DNA of 32,000 nucleotides. Source: Corynebacterium glutamicum ATCC 13032. Lineage in GTDB: Bacteria > Actinomycetota > Actinomycetes > Mycobacteriales > Mycobacteriaceae. Location: NCBI RefSeq assembly GCF_000011325.1, contig NC_003450.3, forward strand, positions 90,001 through 122,000, read 5' to 3'. The position numbers were made by a program, and so were the translations under genes. Under the pieces are notes generated by a model, which saw nothing but the letters and a program-made list of their open reading frames with translations, was not told the DNA's origin and did no database searches. Positions 26,545 to 32,000 of this stretch are shown piece after piece. Within the stretch, counting starts at the first letter, position 1. Each line of letters starts with the position of its first letter.

Positions 26545-28557
26545 TTAGGACAGTTCCGCTGGAGCTTCCTGTAGCGGCATAGTCGTCCAGGTGCCATTGT
26601 CATAGGTGGCAACGGAAGTCGGGACAATCGACATTGAATTGTTCGGGTTGCGCCGGTAGATAAGCACGATGCTCTCTGAAGAAGTTGCTGACATAACCTC
26701 GCCCTGGTGTCCCTCGGCGATACCCAGGCTGGGAAGCTCGGCCCCGCTGACCTGGTCGAAGAAACATATGTGAGTGTCTTCCGACAGATAAGCAACCGTC
26801 CCCTTGCTCTTCCATCCGGATGCGGAGATATCTAGCTCTTTGGTAGAAATGACCTCCAGTTTGGAGTTGAGCCGGTATTCCTCTACCCACCTGCCCACGA
26901 TGTATTCATCACCGATCTGAACCACAGAACTGATGGTATAGCCGTTGGGCGGGAGTTCACCGATGTCGACGCCACCGGTCGCATTAACTCGACCGAGGGC
27001 GGTGCGTCTACTAGTTTCCACCTGCAGCTCAAACAGACCTTGGCCACGGACAGCGACGATCTCCCAGGGGGAGGGGACCTGAGGCAGATCGGTTGCCCGG
27101 GTGGGAGGAGTCCAATCAGGAGCTTTAGTGGCTACTGCTTGACCAGGTGTGAGAATCCAACCACTCTTCCCACTTGCCGCTACGGCTCCTAATTGTTGGT
27201 CGCTGTGCAGCTCAAGGACGTACGATCGATCTCGCAGTGGTGCTGGGACTAAAGTCTGCCCCAAGTATCGGCCGGTCGTGGTCTCCCAGCAGCGGGCTAC
27301 CGGAAAGTGCACGTCACACAGCCACAATTTGTCACCCGCCACAATAGGATCGACAGCAGTGAAGACGTCACGTCTAAGCGGAGGCGGAACAGCTCCATCC
27401 AACGTGACGTCTAAAACGACATCGCGGATCCACCAATCTTCCGAGTGATAAGCCGAAGAAGTATTGTCTATCTCCTGCCACAAACGCTCGTTGGTGCCAC
27501 TTGTGCCGATACCAGCGAAAATACGCTCTACCCGTAGATCTGTGGGAACATCAACAATTCCGTAGGCGGAATAATAAAACCACCCCTGGATCTCTGCATC
27601 TCCACGTTTTGGGATGGGAGTGTAGGCCAGCGCCGTCCACCCATCACCAGTGAGCAGGATTGGCCACTGGGGCATACCGTCATCGCCTGGACTAGCTTCT
27701 TCCCCAAGGTTGCGTACCCGGCCCCGGCGTCTGGTTGTCATTCCTTCGAGTGGCACAGGGGAGGAGCTAATTCCCAAAGTAAGTCGCACAGATTGTCCTT
27801 GACGGTAGTCAGGGAAATCACCTTCGAGTGCTATCTCATTGACGAAGACTCGTAGTCTGCGAGGATCTTCAGACTGCGGCGGCAGTGACTGAATGTAACC
27901 GGGTATTTCAGCAACATCAGGGGCAGTGTGTGGTGTCGAATCTGGATAATGGAATGGTTCCCAGGCTCCGTCCCAGGAAGGATTAGGAAGAGTGTCAGGA
28001 AAAGAAATCTCCGTGGCTTCGAGTCGTTCTTGTCCAGTCTCCACTGCAAGGATGACACCGTGTTCCTGGTCGATTTCAAGACTGACCAATCGACTTGGGT
28101 CCTGCCCTCCTGAAGTAGGTTCCTCACGGAGGATCCAGGTGGGGCGTCCAGCAATCTCTCCCGCAGTGATCTTATCCGCGTGAAGGTGGTGGGATAAGGA
28201 CCGGGAGATGGAATGCTGTTGAAGAACCCAGGCCAAGGCGCTCGGGCAGATGATATCCCGAGGACCCAATCGAACAGGTGGGTCAATGGGTTTATTGAAA
28301 TTCTCAAATACCCAGCAATGATGCTCGTTGCGGCGCAGAATATCGCTACCGTTACGCAGGACGTGGAGGCTGTTAGGGCTGCGTCGTATCTCGACTTCAT
28401 CGGGATCGACGAGGAAGATCATCGTCTCGCCCACGATATACCCGCCACTAAAAGACATTTTCCCGGCCTCCAAGGAAGAGGCAGTGAGGGTCATGATCAC
28501 TGATTGTCGCTCACCGCGACGAAGCAGAACATGGATGTCGGTGATCGTTGGTGCCAT
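26545..28557 (-). CDS. Hypothetical protein (670 aa from ATG 28557; 684 aa from TTG 28599), no recognisable domain
   Basis: Long uninterrupted ORF ending at a strong terminator. Composition suggests a beta-rich soluble protein. No signal peptide or TM segment was seen. Confidence 0.7.
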   Translation of the reverse strand: MAPTITDIHVLLRRGERQSVIMTLTASSLEAGKMSFSGGYIVGETMIFLVDPDEVEIRRSPNSLHVLRNGSDILRRNEHHCWVFENFNKPIDPPVRLGPRDIICPSALAWVLQQHSISRSLSHHLHADKITAGEIAGRPTWILREEPTSGGQDPSRLVSLEIDQEHGVILAVETGQERLEATEISFPDTLPNPSWDGAWEPFHYPDSTPHTAPDVAEIPGYIQSLPPQSEDPRRLRVFVNEIALEGDFPDYRQGQSVRLTLGISSSPVPLEGMTTRRRGRVRNLGEEASPGDDGMPQWPILLTGDGWTALAYTPIPKRGDAEIQGWFYYSAYGIVDVPTDLRVERIFAGIGTSGTNERLWQEIDNTSSAYHSEDWWIRDVVLDVTLDGAVPPPLRRDVFTAVDPIVAGDKLWLCDVHFPVARCWETTTGRYLGQTLVPAPLRDRSYVLELHSDQQLGAVAASGKSGWILTPGQAVATKAPDWTPPTRATDLPQVPSPWEIVAVRGQGLFELQVETSRRTALGRVNATGGVDIGELPPNGYTISSVVQIGDEYIVGRWVEEYRLNSKLEVISTKELDISASGWKSKGTVAYLSEDTHICFFDQVSGAELPSLGIAEGHQGEVMSATSSESIVLIYRRNPNNSMSIVPTSVATYDNGTWTTMPLQEAPAELS

Positions 28558-28806
28558 GCTGCACAGTATAGAGAGTTTTCTGGCCAGGACTTTTAGCAAT
28601 GGTTGGTCGTGTGACGTGATGGTTTCCCGCAGTGTCAGAGCCTAGCGTGGGCCCAGTGCCTCTAAATTTAAGAAGTAGCCTAGAAGTGCCTGATTATTGA
28701 TGCAGCCTGTTAGGGTCTGCCCCGAGTTGGAGAAATTTTTTTAACAATCCTTTCACTTGGGCAGGCCTTTTGGGGATGTTTAGAACTGCTCAGCAACCAT
28801 GAAGAG

Positions 28807-29589
28807 TTAACTTCGTTGCTCGTCAGGGGCGGGAACAGTAATAACCTGCACGCCGAGATCCCGGATCTCGGCGAGAATCTCCCGTGGCGCATCGGAGGTT
28901 GTGACCAGCTGGTGTAAGTCCGCGACGTCTGCGAAACGGAAAGTGGAAACGTGGTTGAGTTTACGGGCGGACACCACAAGGATTCGTCGGGTGGCAGCAT
29001 GGATGGCTGCGCGCTTGTTTTCCGCATCGTCGTAGGTAGTGGTGGCCAACCCGTGCTCCAGTGATGTAGAGCAGGAACCGAGGATCACGACATCGGCGGA
29101 GAAATCTCGTAACGCGGTGATCACAGCCGGGCCAGATAAGGCGAGTGAGTCGTTTTCCACGGGGCCGCCGGGGATGAAAACGTTGGTGCCAGCTCGGCTT
29201 CCCAGGGCGACCGCCGAATGTAGAGACAGACACAATGCCGTGATGGGACGCCCCGCCAACTCTTGGGCCACTGCCTGGCAGGTGGTGCCGTTGTCGAAAA
29301 TTACTGCTTCATCATCAGCGATTAGTTGGGCGGTGGCCTGGGCCAAAATGCGTTTGGCCTCTCGGTCCTCAGCCTGGCGCACGGCAAACGGTTGGGGAGT
29401 ACCGCGTTTGGGCACACGTTTCGCTCCACCGTGGGTGCGGGCGAGGAAACCTGCTTGCTCTAGCTCGACGAGATCCCGGTGAATGGTCACCGCGGAAACC
29501 CCAGTTAGTTCAGTAAGAGCATCAATGCGTGTGATTCCGGGGCGGTCGATCGTTCGCATGATCACTTTGTGTCGTTGTTCGCGCTCCAT
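28807..29589 (-). CDS. DeoR-family transcriptional regulator
   Basis: 260 aa. N-terminal HTH (ITRIDALTELTGVSAVTIHRDLVELEQAGFLARTHGGA) and a C-terminal DeoR-C sugar-phosphate sensor layout. Confidence 0.88.
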   Translation of the reverse strand: MEREQRHKVIMRTIDRPGITRIDALTELTGVSAVTIHRDLVELEQAGFLARTHGGAKRVPKRGTPQPFAVRQAEDREAKRILAQATAQLIADDEAVIFDNGTTCQAVAQELAGRPITALCLSLHSAVALGSRAGTNVFIPGGPVENDSLALSGPAVITALRDFSADVVILGSCSTSLEHGLATTTYDDAENKRAAIHAATRRILVVSARKLNHVSTFRFADVADLHQLVTTSDAPREILAEIRDLGVQVITVPAPDEQRS

Positions 29590-29595
29590 GTGATC

Positions 29596-29624
29596 AGAAT
29601 TCGCTAATTCCTAAAGAATGTCAA
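29596..29624 (-). promoter_or_regulatory. Candidate promoter of the DeoR gene (perfect TTGACA -35, weak -10 AATTCT, possibly a leaderless transcript)
   Basis: Minus strand reads TTGACA-N17-AATTCT-GATCAC-ATG. Confidence 0.3.
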
Positions 29625-29719
29625 CCCTGACCTAACCGAATGAACACTGGTTAAAATGCCTTTTCGTGCAAATTCTGGGGTCACGGGACAAGTGGGAATA
29701 CCCCGCCGTATAGGGGTTT

Positions 29720-29731
29720 AAATGATCATTT
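29720..29731. promoter_or_regulatory. 12-bp perfect palindrome AAATGATCATTT with a nearby half-copy AATAATCATTT; candidate operator
   Basis: Self-complementary sequence in the 430-bp DeoR/VOC divergent region. The related motif lies at 29742-29752. Confidence 0.3.
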
Positions 29732-30020
29732 TTAGTGACCGAATAATCATTTACACTGTGGCCTATGAACAACCAAGAAGGCATTCAGAAGTCGATGGTG
29801 ACCAGCACAGTTACCAGTGGGAAAGTGGTTCCTACCAGTCAGTCGGATAAACGGTGGGCCCTGAGGTGGGAGTGGTTTCAACGCACCGGCCTGAAGATAA
29901 CTGGCCAGTTTTTGGAGAGATAAAAACGCCACTTTGGTGTCGATAACACCGAACTTCCGAACATAAAAGATGCGTTGGTGCTCTCTGCACAATGTTTCTT
30001 TCGGAACTATTCTGGCGACC

Positions 30021-30413
30021 ATGCGAATTGAAATCACAAGCGTATTTGTTGATGACCAGGCCAAAGCACTCGATTTCTACACCACGAAGCTCGGATTTGA
30101 GCTCAAACACGATGTAACTGCTGGTGACTACCGCTGGTTGACTGTTGTTGATCCAGAAAACCCAGATGGTGTGCAGCTTTTGTTGGAACCAAACCAGCAC
30201 CCAGATGCAGCGACTTACCAAGCTGGAATTAAACGAGACGGTATTCCCGCTACACAGTTTTATGTTGATGATGTGCAGGAAGAATATGACAGCCTCAAGG
30301 ATAAAGGCGTGGATTTCATCATGGAACCAACCGATGTGGGCCCTTCAGTGATTGCCATTCTCGATGACACCGTAGGAAACCTAATTCAGATTGTTCAATT
30401 GAAGCAGAACTAA
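30021..30413 (+). CDS. VOC-family (glyoxalase/bleomycin-resistance/dioxygenase fold) protein
   Basis: 130 aa from MRIEITSVFVDDQAKALDFYTTKLGFELKHD, a typical VOC beta-alpha-beta-beta-beta N-terminus. The longer ORF start at 29970 adds a non-conserved-looking leader. Confidence 0.8.
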   Translation: MRIEITSVFVDDQAKALDFYTTKLGFELKHDVTAGDYRWLTVVDPENPDGVQLLLEPNQHPDAATYQAGIKRDGIPATQFYVDDVQEEYDSLKDKGVDFIMEPTDVGPSVIAILDDTVGNLIQIVQLKQN

Positions 30414-30922
30414 CCCCGTGGAATGACAAAATCTGTCAACCGAGCAGAGTTTCTCTCAAGTTTTGACCAAGGGGTGTTAAATTCCAACACCGCAATGGCG
30501 CTGGTGGGAAACTTTTCTTCCATCTGATCCCAACCGGGATGTTCATCGCGGATGCCAAAATAATGGGCTAGTTCTTCCACGCCTGGCCAGTGCCCGATGA
30601 GTAGGGCGGTACCAACTACATCTGGGAGCCCTGTTATTAAATGTTTAAATTCAGACACTTGGTTTTCATAGATGTCATTGTGGAAGCTAGAGCCTTTGGC
30701 GGTTGCGCCACCAAGCTGGACGCGTTCCCACGTTAATTGTGTGCGGGTGGCATCTGAACACAGCACATGATCAATTTCGCCGATGTTGCCAGCTAGCCAT
30801 TGGCCAGCTGCCACGCCATCGCGAAGCCCACGTTGATTAAGTGGGCGTTTATGGTCGAGTACTCCGGTGGACCAGGAAGATTTGGCGTGTCTAAGGATGA
30901 CGAGGCGATGTGTGGGAGACAT
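30410..30922 (-). CDS. sixA: Histidine-phosphatase-superfamily protein (SixA-like phosphohistidine phosphatase)
   Basis: 170 aa. Catalytic RHAKS motif at the N-terminus (LVILRHAKSSW) and a downstream GHWPG motif. Confidence 0.8.
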   Translation of the reverse strand: MSPTHRLVILRHAKSSWSTGVLDHKRPLNQRGLRDGVAAGQWLAGNIGEIDHVLCSDATRTQLTWERVQLGGATAKGSSFHNDIYENQVSEFKHLITGLPDVVGTALLIGHWPGVEELAHYFGIRDEHPGWDQMEEKFPTSAIAVLEFNTPWSKLERNSARLTDFVIPRG

Positions 30923-30947
30923 GCCTCAACCCTAGCGCGCAACGGAT

Positions 30948-32000
30948 TTAGACAGTTACCTGCGTAAGAAGTGCATCGATGGTTGCTTCCGCGCCACGGT
31001 CATGAAGGGAGGACAGTGTCTCGGAGTATGCCTTGGTGAATGGTTCAGCATCGACCAAGTCTCCGAAGATTCCACGGTCGCGGATGAATGACAAAATATC
31101 GGTGCGATTTCCTGATGCGTTTTCTTGGACGCGCTCACTCAAACGGTCAACAATCTTTATTGGGTTGCCCTGCTCGTCGGTGCCTTCTGCGTAGCGCGCC
31201 CAGGATGCGACGATGGCTGCAGAAAGTGTGACGTCGCGGCCTGCTGCGAGGTTTTCGCGTACGACTGGCAACAGCCACTTTGGAATGCGGTCGGAGGATT
31301 CCGCACACAGGCGCGGTACGGTGTCTTTGACTGCGGCGTTGCCGAATCGCGCGATGAGTTGGCGTCGATAAGCATCTAGATCGACACCTGGAAGTTCCTT
31401 GAGGGTAGGGGTGGCTTCGCGCTCCATGTAAGCCAGGAGGAAATCCTGGAAGCGGGTATCCGCCATGACGTCGTGGACCATGTGGTGGCCAGCCAAGTGG
31501 CCGAAGTAGCAAAGTCCCTGGTGGGAGGCGTTGAGCAGGCGCAGCTTCATTAATTCATAAGGCTCCACGTCGGAGACGACCTGCACGCCAACCTCCTCGT
31601 ACGCGGGGCGGCCCTGGGTGAAGGCATCCTCGAGGACCCATTGGGTGAAATCTTCAGAAACCACTGGCCACGCATCGATGTAGCCGATTTCCTTGATGTC
31701 ATCGCGGTCGCCGTCGGTGGTTTCAGGGGTGATGCGGTCCACCATGGAGTTGGGGAAGGCCACGTTGTTTTCCACCCATTCGCCGAGCTCAGAAGACACG
31801 GAATGTGCGAAGGCGAGGAAGAAACGCTTAGCCAGATCGCCGTTGCCTTGGATGTTATCGCAGCTCATGATGGTAAATGGCGTAGATCCTGATTCTTTTC
31901 GGGAAATCAATGCGGCAGTGATCAACCCAAAGAAGGTCTGCAAAGTGGAAGTATCGCCCGCCTGCAGGGCTTCGCGGTCAGCAACGATTCGAGGGTTGGT
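30948..32000 (-). CDS. mtlD: Mannitol-2-dehydrogenase-family (long-chain polyol dehydrogenase) protein, N-terminus beyond the window
   Basis: The frame stays open to nt 32000. SCDNIQGNG and DRITP motifs of the mannitol dehydrogenase family are present. It is followed 25 nt later by sixA on the same strand. Confidence 0.85.
   Translation of the reverse strand, partial: TNPRIVADREALQAGDTSTLQTFFGLITAALISRKESGSTPFTIMSCDNIQGNGDLAKRFFLAFAHSVSSELGEWVENNVAFPNSMVDRITPETTDGDRDDIKEIGYIDAWPVVSEDFTQWVLEDAFTQGRPAYEEVGVQVVSDVEPYELMKLRLLNASHQGLCYFGHLAGHHMVHDVMADTRFQDFLLAYMEREATPTLKELPGVDLDAYRRQLIARFGNAAVKDTVPRLCAESSDRIPKWLLPVVRENLAAGRDVTLSAAIVASWARYAEGTDEQGNPIKIVDRLSERVQENASGNRTDILSFIRDRGIFGDLVDAEPFTKAYSETLSSLHDRGAEATIDALLTQVTV

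Noticed and set aside
27134-27157. PROSITE-style P-loop pattern A-x4-G-K-S (AVAASGKS) inside the 684-aa orphan protein
   Set aside because: This is an isolated pattern match in a segment that does not look like a beta-strand/P-loop/helix unit. There is no Walker B or other NTPase motif, so it is most likely chance. The coordinates are approximate.
28700-28806. Imperfect inverted repeat GGTCTGCCC...GGGCAGGCC and AGCAAC-N17-GTTGCT after the DeoR gene as terminators
   Set aside because: The loops are 17-41 nt, there are mismatches and there is no U-tract, which makes an intrinsic-terminator call too weak.
29765-29923. 52-aa plus-strand ORF (MNNQEGIQKSMVTSTVTSGKVV...) in the DeoR/VOC spacer
   Set aside because: There is no Shine-Dalgarno or convincing promoter and no recognisable features. 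I kept it only as a note within the intergenic-region finding.
1-32000. Mobile genetic element, prophage or defence-island signatures (integrase, transposase, tRNA attachment site, restriction, Cas, toxin-antitoxin genes)
   Set aside because: None of the ORF translations shows such motifs. Flanking genes are housekeeping or metabolic, so the window looks like core chromosome rather than an island.

Overview
The window reads as ordinary high-GC actinobacterial chromosome. From memory, gene content and order resemble Corynebacterium glutamicum; I could not run a search to confirm this. No rRNA, tRNA, CRISPR array, transposase or integrase was recognised. Confidently identified: a complete urease cluster ureABCEFGD (1174-6368, +) with a divergent MarR-type regulator; an alpha/beta hydrolase; an MFS transporter; AMP nucleosidase (amn); bifunctional PutA; an aldo/keto reductase; an abgT-abgB-like transporter/M20 hydrolase pair; two DUF202 membrane proteins; a DeoR regulator; a VOC/glyoxalase protein; a SixA-like phosphatase; and the 3' part of a mannitol-2-dehydrogenase-family gene. 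The best candidate for an undescribed system is a two-gene minus-strand unit (8805-13465). It pairs a divergent but catalytically intact Hsp90/HtpG-type GHKL ATPase with a 925-aa acidic, all-helical (TPR-like) protein that has no enzymatic motif, 26 nt downstream. This could be a bacterial Hsp90 plus dedicated partner/co-chaperone, or an ATPase-plus-sensor conflict module. Other items worth a second look: a 670-684 aa orphan protein with no recognisable domain; a TPP-enzyme pseudogene with several frameshifts; a family of ~45-bp hairpin repeats downstream of putA; a 126-bp nested inverted-repeat (MITE-like or operator) element upstream of the MFS gene; a possible sRNA/27-aa peptide locus ending in a strong bidirectional terminator; and a ~60-aa acidic tail on UreB. 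All functional calls rest on by-eye motif recognition and recalled family knowledge, with no database searches.
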